DNA of 64,000 nucleotides from Dicyema japonicum (taxonomy: Eukaryota; Animalia; Dicyemida): the NCBI GenBank assembly GCA_011109175.1, contig RDEW01000075.1:62001-126000 (forward strand), read 5' to 3'. Each line of letters starts with the position of its first letter. Within the stretch, counting starts at the first letter, position 1. The notes under the pieces are model-generated. The model had not been told where the DNA came from. It saw only the letters and a list, made by a program, of their open reading frames with translations, and ran no database searches. The position numbers and the translations under genes were made by a program. This document shows positions 39,649-51,239 of the stretch, piece by piece.

Positions 39649-40245
39649 AAAGAAATAAATATGAGAAAATCGAATGCCACTGACGCTAATTTGATAAAAG
39701 CCCTTCAAGGCGAAAGGCAACGTCTCAGAAGAAAAATAAAGGGTCTGAACAAGAAACTTTCTTAGAAGAAATAGCTTCCTGTATAGAAGAAGTAAACAGT
39801 GAAAGACAACGCACAGGTGTACGTCGCTGCCCGTTTGCTGCGGCGAACAAACCGAAGTCGACTAACCATAAAAGACGAGAACGGTAAGCTGATACTGAAC
39901 ATCGAAGAACAAACTGAAGCCATCGCGGCTCACTTTGAGAAGCTTTTCAACATCAAAACCATAGAAATCCACCTATTTGATGAAAGGCCAAGACCCCTGA
40001 AGATACCAATCACGGGCGAGGAAATCAAAACGGCCTGCCAAAAACTTAAGAATAACAGAAGCCCTGGATCAGATGCGATAAACCCAGAATTACTGAAATA
40101 CGGCCCTGACCTCTTTTTGAAAAAATCGCTACACTACTAAATGAAATGTGTTAATCTAACTCAACTCTACCTCTGGGTACGGGACTACTAATCTCCATAC
40201 AAAAAATCAACAAAACCAGAAAACCGCTCGAAAATTTGCGACCCT
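39649..40245 (+). mobile_element. RTE-like LINE, 5' part of a truncated copy
   Basis: LKNNRSPGSDAINPELLKYG and PLENLRP; follows the TSD copy at 39637-39648. Confidence 0.85.
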
Positions 40246-40849
40246 CCAAAAACTGGCTTTGAAACATTTGAAAACTTTATTCACTCATTCGCATTTGTTT
40301 GATTAGTCAACATTTAGCGATAAGAAAGGAAAAAATCCTGTGATCCTTTGTTAATTTTATTTTGAGAGTCAAATCCAGAGCTGTCGGAAATACGTTTTAT
40401 GTTTTTAAACGACTCAAAAATTTTATCTTAACCACCTTTAGGGAACTCCCAAACACTACTGGGTATTCAAGCATATTCATGAAGAATACTAGTATCACCT
40501 AGTAATCTTAAGTCATCTATTTTGCTATCAAAGATCCGATGGCGCGTGGGAAGGAAAGTATTTTGGTTTTAATTTTTTTGAGGTTTCAGCTGCGATTGAT
40601 TGATAACGAAATGTCCTCTTGTGATCGCTTACTACTTAGATAGTTAGTTAAAAGCACTCCCGCGTTACCCGTAACCATATGGATACTTAAGGTTCCGCTT
40701 GTGAAGTGCTCTTTGCTATCCGTTAAACCAGTTTCTCCATGCAACTTTCCTCTTTCCGTAGTGGCATCGTCGTTGATGATCATATCAGTGTGAACAAGAG
40801 AAGACTTGGTTCCATCAGCAAATTCAGCTATGTTGGAGTTGAAAATTAA

Positions 40850-41198
40850 AAAATCGTTGTTTACTTCTACAAACAATAAGGCTTAAAATTCTCATCCTTG
40901 TTCAGAAAAGGTACAATTGTTTTTTATTCGCAAAATCATGCCTTTACTAGTTTTGTATTTTTTATTATCTGTCTTTCAGATAATTTGTTCTTCAATATCA
41001 ATTTAGCAATCGTTAATTTTGTTTCGTAGTTAATAACCATTCACAACAAAAAATGCAAATAAACGTGTAAATTAAAATTATATATTTATTAATAAAATAT
41101 AATTTTATTTACTTATAATTTCATTCCCCACAATTTTATAGTGCCCAAAATGCGGGGTGCCCCATCCCTGGGGTCTGCCCCAATTCGGGGTCGGACTG
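40850..41198 (-). mobile_element. Second pogo/Tigger-like element, 5' end only
   Basis: TA|CAGTCCGACCCCG with GGGGCAC repeats like 29633; HTH-like start MVINYETKLTIAKLILKNKLSERQII at 41040. Confidence 0.65.
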
Positions 41199-41279
41199 TA
41201 ATAAATTGCGCAATTCTACTGTTTCTTCAGATATTATTACTATTAACCCAAGAACACCTATAGTTACTTTAATTGCTAA

Positions 41280-42080
41280 ATTAAGTGATCTCGAAGCCCT
41301 CTATCAGATTTCTCATATTCTTTTTTTGCGCTTTCTGGGATCCAACGCAACTTCTCTGTAGGCGGGGTGGTTTGGGAAATAGGAATTGGAGAAAGGTGAT
41401 CAATCCCCTTCTCATAAGACACGTCATGGCTGTACATTGTTGAGAATTGCACTGCCTGCACAGGGTAGCAAATTCCTTTCCACTGTCATTTGTTCAAGTC
41501 GTTTGTCTGAGGTAAATAAGGACGAAGAAAATTTTTCAGTAGATACATCAAGCCAGTTATAATATAGCCAAATTTGAATCTTGTGAAGGTATTCTTGTTG
41601 CCTTTCTCATGCCTTTAGGAGATCTTGATCGCGGGATCCGATTAATAGATCATCAGCATAACTTAGGAGGAAATCGTTTTTATTATTGGGTTGTGGTAAA
41701 TCGGACATGTATAAGTTAAATAAGGCGGGTTATGAGACACCATTAGGTAGTAATCTTGAAACTGATTTGGTCCCATCTGTGTATACCCGGGCCCTTCTTC
41801 CATTGATAAAATTAGCAAGCCAGAGTTTTATATTGGGTTGACGGATAGGCTAAACAAATTCATGGTTAGGATTTTCCTTGAGACAGAGTCGAAGGCCTTT
41901 TATAAATCGATCGAGCAAACGACTGTTTTGAAGTGGCGAAAATTTGTGTTGAAGCCTTCAAAGATATATTGGTTTAGGGATGTTTGGTGGGTAGAAGTTG
42001 AATAACCCCTTCTGAATCCATGTTGTGAGAATAAAAAGGAAAGGACGGATTATAATATTAAGAATCAATTTTCCAATAAT
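41280..42080 (-). mobile_element. Deleted Vingi-like copy
   Basis: IDL*KAFDSVS remnant; 3' end GAGATCACTTA. Confidence 0.6.
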
Positions 42081-42089
42081 TTTGATAAG

Positions 42090-45000
42090 GTATATAATTC
42101 TCGCGGCACAGCTTTTCAAAAAATAGCAGAGCTTTTCAAAAAATAATTCTCGCGGCACACTATTCGTAAAAAAATAATCCACGGCACACATTAAAAAATA
42201 AAAAATTAAATTTTTAAGATGTGTAAAACTAAGTACAAAAATTGGTAATTTAATGCCCAAATTTTTATTAATAAAAAAATAAATCTTAATTATTATTGTT
42301 TTTGCATATATCATCAATATCAGGTCGAATGGTTGACAAAGCCACCCGCATTTCAGCATCAATATTTCTCAAACTTTCACGTTTGTTATATTTCATATTA
42401 TAGAAAAACCTGTTTCGCATAAATAGGTCGTTGAGAACTGTAAAATTATGGTCAGTGCTTGTTTTGATAAACTGGGATATATGTTTCAATATATATCCAG
42501 AATTCTCCAATGTCTAACTCAGTCATCATTAATTTTAAGGATCGATCATTAAACAGTGTAATATGTTCTTCATTTTCTTTAACAGATAAGTGTTTGATTC
42601 TGACACAAGAAAAGGATTTCGTATCTAAAAATATTTATTATTATTATTATTAAAGCACTTTCACGAAAGCCATAATGATTATAGCCCCGCATGTGCAACA
42701 CTCAAAGAAACAATATTTATAGTTAGTCTTTTCCATCTTCCTCTGTCGAATGCGAGTGATCTCAATTCGTCCAGGTCGTCTCCCGTCTTTAGATTTTTTC
42801 TCACACGATTTAAGTCTTTGTTTAGGGCTGTCGGAAGTGTCGATCTAGGTCGTCCGCGGAAGGGTTTTTCGCATCTGTCAAAGTAATCTTCCATCGCTTG
42901 TTAGCGGGTGCGTCCGGGTTCATTCTTAGTACATGTCCAAATAGCCTCCACCGGGCATCTATCACATCCTTGCTGATGTAAGAACACATACACTTGTTGT
43001 AGATACCAGTGGTTGATATTCTACGTGGCCACTCCATTCCGAGTAAGCTTCTTAGTTGCCTTCTATGGAACGAATCCAGTTTCAATAGTTCGTTGAAGGA
43101 ACTTCCCCATGTCCCAGCGTTATACAGTAGGATCGGTTTCACAAACGCGTTGTAAAGCCTGCATCTGATGTCAATTCCAAGTCCTTTGGCCCTTAGCCAT
43201 CCTTTCTTCAGTTTAGCCATTGCCGCATTTGCCAGTGTTTTCCTCCTTAGTACATCTTCAGCGTCTCCTAGTAGAGAGCCGAGCTTATTAGTACGTCTCC
43301 ATCTTTCATGAGTAATATCGTCTTCTCTTTTGATTTCCGTAATTTCAGTTTTGTTAACATTTACGCTGAGAAACCATTTCTCAAGCTCCGCAGGTGCATT
43401 TTCTAGCAGGTGTTGGAGTGCGGTCACATCCCGTGATACAAAATCCACATCATCCGCATAAGATGTCTCTTCTATGTCTCCTATATAGCATTTACGGAGG
43501 TCGCGGAGTGCAGATTCAAGGTATATGGTGAATAGTAAAGGGGAGAGGGAATCACCCTGGGGTGTCCCAATCTCTAGTTTATCGGTTGTTTTGAAACTGC
43601 GGGAAGTTGCTCCTTATGTCCTCACAGATAGTCTTGTGTTCGCAAGTAGTAGTCTGATTATCCTAACCGACGATTCATCCAATATTTGCTCAAGCACATT
43701 CATCAGTTTCTGTCTGTTTATTGAGTCGAAAGCTCTGGAGAGATCTATTCCCAACACGGTTGTTGCGCTCTTGAATCTTTGGTGCGTTGCGCAGCGCCAT
43801 CTGTGGCTCCATACAATGTCTGCCGTAGACCTCTCTTCTCGAAACTCACTTTGACTTGCTGGTTGGTATAGATCCACCACAATCTTTATCCGACTTAGTG
43901 CAATGTTTGCCAGCACCTTGCGTATCGAATTCAGAAGTATTATCGGGCGGAGATTTTCTACTGGTTCTTTTGATTTGTTCGGTTTTTGTATTGTTAATAA
44001 TAATCTATTTCCAAGTCCTAGATCGGTATTAGTTTCAAAGATGTCATTTAGGGTATTTGCAATTGTGTGGCTAAGTTTTTTTTTTTTAGGAGCTTAAGGC
44101 TTATGTTGTCAGGCCCAGCACTTTTGTTGTTCTTCAGTTTATTTATCGCTAATTCCACCTCTTCTACTGTAATTGGGATTTTTAGCGCCTTTGCTTTTCC
44201 CTGGAAATGAGGAAAGTCCTTATTTTCTTTACTCAACAGTGTTTCGAAGTGTCGTGCAATCAATTCTGCTATTTCTTCCGGGTTACCCACGAATTTTAAA
44301 TCTTTATCTTTGATGTGAAGAGTGTTTCGTCCTTTCTTTGTCCGCAGGAGCCGCAAAGCCGCATACATCCTTGAATTGTCTTTTAGGCATTCCACATCTT
44401 TTAATAGGGATGTAATAATTTCCCGTGAATGTTTTCTGTTCATCTTTTTGATTTTCCACTTTAGTTCCCTTTGTTGGATATTAAGCTCTTTTTTTTACTC
44501 TCGTCTGACGTGTTTGCCGCTTTTAGTCGTAGCTCTCTGCAATGCTTTGCCATATTTGGCACGTTCGGGTGGTGATCCAATTTTAGGGCGTGATGATTTC
44601 GGACTCCAAGGCATATTTTGGCCGACTTGGAGATTGCCTGTTTTGTTTGATCCCACAGAGTTCGTACTGATGATTCCGGTGCGGTTTTCACCATAAGAGT
44701 CTCGATTTGTTCGTGATATTTAGCTCTACAAGTTGGCTCTAACCACAATTTTTCTGTCTGAAAGTATATATTGGGTCTTTGTCTCGCCTTCTTCGCGTTT
44801 TCAATGTATTTTTTCCCAGTCAGGTGCTTTTTTACACAAAGTTTTGCAATGACGATCCTGTGGTCGCTGTCGGTTGTTGTTCCCTGGTAGGAACGTGCAT
44901 CATTTATCAGGTGTTTATCAGACTTTCGGCAGATAATGTAGTCGATTTGATTATATATATTCACGGTCTCTCCGACAGAGTTTTTTCTTTGTCCGTGCCA

Positions 45001-46260
45001 CGTCGTCTTGTGGCAAGCTGAGTGCGTAAAGGCCGTGTTGCACAGGAAAAGGCTATTTGCCTCGCAGAAGTTTACCAGAGAGGCTCCAGATGCATTTCTC
45101 CTTCCGCGCCCGTGTCTTCCAATAGAGGATTCTTCGGGCCCCATTCGCATTCCGGCCTTTGCATTCATATCTCCCGCAACAAAGACAAGAGACGAGGAAG
45201 CATTGTTAGAGTATGTGCTTGATAGTTCTGAGTAGAATTCCTCGAGTTCACCGGGGTTCTTGATTACTCGTCCACAGTGTGGTGCATAGACATTTATGAC
45301 GGTTAGTAGACTCTTGGACGGGCATAGTTCATTTAGTTTGACTTGTAGGACACATATTCGGTCGTTGACTCTCCAATAGCGATATAATTTTTTGAGGTAA
45401 TCCACGTGTAGGGCAAATCCCATGCCGTAGTGCTTGCATTCAGTTGGGAAGAGAATCAGTCGGTAGTTGTTCCATGTCTCATCGCGTCCATTTTCGATTT
45501 TCGTCTCTTGTAGGCAGCCAATAGATATTTTGTATTTCTCGAGATCGTCACAAAGTACTTTCCTTGTCCAATCTTTCGATATTCCACGTACGTTGAACGT
45601 CATTAGCCTGAGTTCTCGATTGTATGATGAGTGTTTTTCAGACATTTTTCTTAACCGTTGTACAGAGAAGAAACGAGGCACGTCACCACCTCACCAAAAA
45701 ATATTTAAAAAATAATAACCCAATCGAATTTTTCAATTTCTAAGAGAGTTTCTTTAATAGAAAATGAGACATTATTTTCAATATTCTCCGACAAAGCACA
45801 AATCCGATGGGAAACAGTGTTATCTGACAAAGGTATCTTCATTATTATTTTTTTCATATTTATGACCAAACATAGTCCGAGCAATAATACGACAAGCAGG
45901 GATTATCAAGTTTTCGCCAATAGTGTAAGGTTTTAGTTGTTATGCTATCAATTATGAGATCAGGTATGAACATTTCAATAATTCCTTTGTGTTTACAAAA
46001 GTTTCAATGAACATCATTTTACTAGATATACGATTCATAGTAAAAACTAAATAATACTTGTGTTGTTATTTTCAAATGGATAAAATAATCCACAGATTTT
46101 TTGGAAAAGTCCGGATGCTTGGAAGTAAAATGTGTCTTTAGTTTGCTAGGAACCATAGCATCATTTGCCAAGACTTCCATGCAAATTATACATTGATTTA
46201 GTTTATTTTTATCTTTGCATATAAATCCAAATGACATATCTTTAAAGATACAATAACCTT
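42090..46260 (-). mobile_element. hAT Buster/Charlie-type transposon remnant split by an RTE
   Basis: N-terminus GF..QCIICMEVLANDAMVPSKLKTHFTSKH (46022-46237); C-terminus KRESLRNIDAEMRVALSTIRPDI; GCGGCACA subterminal repeats at 42100-42190. Confidence 0.82.
42638..45696 (-). mobile_element. Full-length ~3.06 kb RTE-like LINE with 11-bp TSD
   Basis: TSD AAAAATATTTA at 42627-42637 and 45697-45707; 406-aa APE ORF; RT motifs; (TAA)n tail; several frameshifts. Confidence 0.95.
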
Positions 46261-46282
46261 GGCTAAATAAAATTATTAATAA

Positions 46283-47160
46283 TTAATTAATTAAGCGTAT
46301 TTTGATCCAGATTGTTGGTAATCCCTCTTCTTCTCTTAGAGAAGAGTGTGCCATAACCTCCCTGTTACTCCGCATCTCCACATCAGATTCAGTCAAAATA
46401 TCTCCGTTTAAGTCCAATGGGCTGTCTTCACGGCATGCCAGTTCCACAAGTTGGGAGGTAGCAGAGGCGTACTCTTCATCGTATACCTTCATCCCATGCT
46501 TATGTTCAATGAGCATACTTTCGAGCGTTCTCTTCAGTACAACCGATTGGATGTAAGTCCTCGTTGATTCTTCAATAGATAATTTATCCATATGATTCTT
46601 GAAGCATCTTGAGACAACTCCATCCCATGTCAAAACCACTGGAATAATCTTCACTTGGCATTCATAGAGCAGCAAAAGTTCATTTGCTAGCAAGTCATAT
46701 TTGTGAAGTTTCTCAACTTCAACTTGCTTTAGTCGGTCTTGTGAGGTAATCCCCACTTCAATTAACGTTATTTCCTTCTTTATTTTGTCATACACGAAAA
46801 TATCAGGTTTATTGTATTGGACTTTTGTTTCTGTCAAAATCGACGAGTCAACTCTAATTTCGACATTTTGATTCGTCAATATTGACTGAACCGAATGTCC
46901 TTTCAATTTCCTGCTTCTTTTGATTCCATAAATTCGACAAAGATGAAGATGGATGCACTTTACCACTTCATTATGTCTTCGGAGATAATCACTATTTAGC
47001 ATTTTTCCACACTGAGTGGCCAAATGATCAACAGTTTTCTTGCTTTTTTTACAATGGTTGCATAATGACCCCGTGTGTGCAAAAAACAAATTCCTATCTT
47101 GCAAAAGACAGTACAATGCTTCGCTCCGTGGGCCGTTATTTCCTTTGGATAACCATCCCG
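46283..47160 (-). mobile_element. R4/Dong-like 3' fragment with intact endonuclease frame
   Basis: QDRNLFF, CNHC..DHLATQC, RHNEVV, KPDI, IEVGIT. Confidence 0.88.
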
Positions 47161-47399
47161 TTCCAACTCTCGCTGCAGTCTATTCTGATTGGAGGTTCCA
47201 CATATTTGCGATGCTTCCTGGCTTGACTAGTGACCCCGTCATCAGTGATGCCTGCGGAAGTGGATTTTCTACAGGAACTCGCACGGGACCAAAGGAAAAG
47301 TTAAAAAATATGCCTCCTTTTCAATGATTAAATATCATAACTGTTCTTTTCTCCAAAAATAAAATGTGTCTTGAACATGCGGAGTTATAAGTATTATTA

Positions 47400-48770
47400 C
47401 TAGTAATAATAATGAACATTCGCAACAAGAGAATTAATCAATTGATGTCACTTGTGCCGCACCCCGGATAATCTTTGCCGTCCGACGCCTCCACGCTCTT
47501 CTTTAGATTGCGATTTTTCGGAGATCGTCTAAGTCATCAAGATTTTCCAGTCACATTTTGTATTTTTTATGTCGTTATTTAAAGTCAGAGGAAGTGCTGT
47601 CCGTGGTCTGCCCCGAAATGGACCTATACTTAGAAAGTATAATTCCATAATATCATTTGTGGGAGCCGCGGGATCCATCCTCAATATATATCCAAATAAT
47701 CTCCATCGATTTTTCATTACAGTGGTCTCCAAGCTTTCAGATCTACAGATATTGTATAGGTTCTGGTTGCTGATCACTTTCGGATAGCGTATGTCAAATA
47801 GGGATTTCAGTTGTTTTCTGTGAAGTTCAGGGTTTCAGTACAGGTTTGATTCAAACCCCACGTTCCTGAGTTATACAGCAAAATAGGCAGAATAAATTCA
47901 TTGTATAAACGCACATTTATGGATGTTGAGACGTATGTGGACCTTAGTCTTTTTAGTGCAAGATTCGATTACATTTTCCTTCGCTGAACATCTTCCCAAT
48001 CACCGAGTAGTATGCCGACTTTCTTTGTTCTTCTCCATTTCTCATCTGTCAATTGAGTTTCTCTTTTAACAGTTGTGATTTCCGTCTTTTGTTTGTTCAT
48101 TTTCAGAAACCATCCCGCGAATGCTCCGGGAGCATGATTTAGAGCAGTTATGATCTCCTTTATGTCCTCTGAACCGCATAAATTAGTTGATCGAAGTCGG
48201 CCCAGTTTTAGCTCTTAGGTCCCGAAGGGCAGCTTCCAGATAGATAACAAATACTAGTGGCTATAGAGAATCTCCTTGAGGAGTGCCAATATGTGTCTCA
48301 AATTTACGAGGTCGCTCTGAACCGACCCAGACTTGTATTTTAGTGTCCGCAAGTAGGACTCGGATCATCAGTTTACTGTCCTCGTCCAGCAACGTACCAA
48401 GTAACAACATTAGATTCTCTCTACGTACAGTATCGAACACTCGGGAAAGATCAATTCCCAGTATGTGAACAGCCTTCTGGAATCTCTGCGTCATGGCACA
48501 TATCCATCTATATGTCCATACGATACCTGCCGTGGATCTTCCTCTTCTGAATCCACTTTGGCCCAGAGACAGATATTCGTCAAAAGTAGGAGAAATCTTT
48601 TCCAGAACAGTCAGAGGTAGTAGTTTCCGTAGAGTTGTTAGAAGGAATATGAGCCTGAGATTTTCTATTGGTCCAACCGGCTTCCCAGGTTTCTGTATAG
48701 GTATCAGAATTCCCTGCCCTAGTGAAACAGGCATGTGTTTTATAAAAATGTCGTTTAGCATGCTGCATAG
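47400..48770 (-). mobile_element. Degenerate 5'-truncated RTE-like LINE
   Basis: GQSGFRRGRST, GIDLSRVFD, GTPQGDSL, RWRLFGYILR. Confidence 0.85.
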
Positions 48771-49800
48771 TTGATAGGCCAGTTAAGGTGGCGAATGTTT
48801 CAGAAGTTCCCCGTTGATACCATCAATGCTTGGACTCCTATTATTGTTCAGCTTTTGCAGAGTCGTTTGTATCTCCGCTACCGTAATTGGCATAGTCAAA
48901 AATTGGGGGTGTCCAGAACAGAGTCAATCGACACAGGCGCTCGTCAGGGTTAACCTGCTGTATTTTTGAAAGTTCATCCCCAAATAGGTTATGATTTTTT
49001 TCTAAGGATACAAGAGACCCATCATATTTTTACAACAATGGAGTTTCTTTTTAGATTTACGTCCAGTCATTTTTTTAGACTTTCCAAAAATTTGGGTTTT
49101 TTTTCCTATAAATTCATTGCATTGAGCTATCCATAAATTATTCTTTTTAACTTTTTCTAATCTACGTATTTTTTTTATCTTCATAATTTCTAGCTCCATG
49201 AGCCTACGGTCACGTGCATCTGTACATCGCCGTAGTTTGTTTCTTAAGCGCTGTTTTCTTTTCCAAAAAGACTACAACGTTTTTTTGGCATCTAAAGAGA
49301 ATTATTGTTAACCGAATGAGCTTTAGTCGCATATGTTTCGAGTTACGATTAAAAAAACAATTAGAGAGTCACTCGAACCCTCAAGATCCAAATTGGAAGA
49401 CTTCGGATTAAAAAAACTCCCAGAACGTACCAAATATATAGCAATGCTTTATCTGTAATGGTCCTAGTTTATACTTGTCAGATTAGTCGATGATCACTAC
49501 GAATATTACTAAGCGTAATCGATCGTTCCAAAATTGAAGAACTGATTAACAGCATTCCCAAATAATCCCAGCCACTTGGAGAATAATGATTTGGGGTCGA
49601 GGAAATCACAATGGAAATTCCAGAAGACACAGACATATCCTTCAAAACAAAACCGTCTCTGTTCGTCCTCACAGACAACGAGGTATCTTTTCAAGTTTAA
49701 CTCGGAACGCCTTTTCTTTAAGGATTGGACTTCCACCGCAATGATAATAAGAAGAGACTTCATGTTTTTAGAACTTCTGTCTTTCCAAAAAAGAGGGCCA
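48770..49800 (-). mobile_element. Deleted copy of the LINE family at 5990-9130
   Basis: MELEIMKI..RLEKVKKNNLWIAQC and TPNHYSPSG match 7817-8728. Confidence 0.8.
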
Positions 49801-50199
49801 ATGCTTGAGAAACACTGGTTTAGACTTTACTGCGGGTTTTTCTTTCCTAACTTTCTTTTCGTGGTAAATTTTCTTCACATAACGATTCTATAAAAGCCAG
49901 CAATGGTTCTATTGGTCGTCTGTCAAAGTCGAAGAGTACAGAAAGCACCACAAAAACCACAATTTTTTTATAAATTCTAGAAAAATAACCATATGATAGC
50001 AGGAAAACAGCGGGAATTTTTGGATGAAAATCTAAAATTTTTCACTTCTGTGATAAAGAACATCTGGATCACCTAAAAAGTTTGGCTTTACCGGTTTTAG
50101 GCTTTTTGAGTAAGTAAAATTTGTTTAAAAAATAATCTTGTAAATTTGTTTAAATAATCCTATAAGTGTTTTTTAGATATTTTTTTAAGGAAAAGAAAT

Positions 50200-50700
50200 G
50201 TCAATGAATGTCGAAGGCTTCATTATGGCTTGCAGGAATTGAGCGCGCAATGAGAGTTAGCAATCATTGCCACGATCCCGATGTTTTGGAAGAGCCATCA
50301 TGTCATTTAAGCTCTCATTTTTACAATTCTGCAATCAACCTGATAAACTTTGACGTGCTGAAATCAAACATGCCTGACGTCTTAATTGTCATTACCTCTG
50401 TCAAGTCGAAGGGTTCCAGAAGGCAAGTGAACCCGGCGTCTTCGATACCCTTCATGAAAGTCGAGTTTAGCGTGTCATGAAGAGGAAATCTTCCAGCGCT
50501 CAGTCTAAATGATAGCAGATGTAGTCCTTCCTGTCAACCGTTTCACTGAATCATTATCGGTATTCCAAACAGACATCAAAGTCTAGCCGAAAAGCAACTC
50601 CAACACTGATAGTGCCGTCATTCTGCTGAGGATCAACTGCGCGAACAGGAAGATATTGCATTTGGATCTTGAATTTTCTGTGAAGGTTGGATTTAGACAT
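50200..50700 (-). mobile_element. Degenerate CRE-like fragment
   Basis: SAGRFPLHD..EDAGFTCLLEP remnants. Confidence 0.6.
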
Positions 50701-51239
50701 GTCCGGCGGTAAGTATCTGTGGACCTTTATAGTTTATTTACCGTCTTTTGCATTGGATTTCAACAAAGTTAACATTTTATCACGACTCAATCCGGTGCTG
50801 GAACATAATGGTTTCAACATATTCCTGGAAACCTTCTCGGGCGCTTGCTATTAATCGAATATTTAGAATTTTCAGTCGTCTGTCTAATGAGGTCCTTCGG
50901 AGATTTGAGAGAATCTCGTAGGAAACAAGAGAACTTTGAAGCGAGGAAATCGTCTTGGGAACAAAAATGCAATTCTTCATTAAGAAAAAAGTGATATATG
51001 CTTTAAAAAATTAAGTTTTTCCGTAAGGTGCAGGAACGAATCAAACTTTTTTTCATAAAACTATTCCAAACCGAACAATAATAGTGGGAATTCAAGGAAA
51101 CCCATATCATGAGTATCGACTTTTTTGTACCACAAAAGGCCGTTCTGAACGATTAAGAACTTGTTTGAAAGAGGGCTAACATTTATAATCTCCGTTAGAT
51201 AAGTTATTTAATCTTCTTTTAACTTTAACTTTAACAACT

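Noticed and set aside
40586-40876. 96-aa ORF as a host gene
   Set aside because: No recognisable motif, non-ATG start, and it sits within transposon debris.
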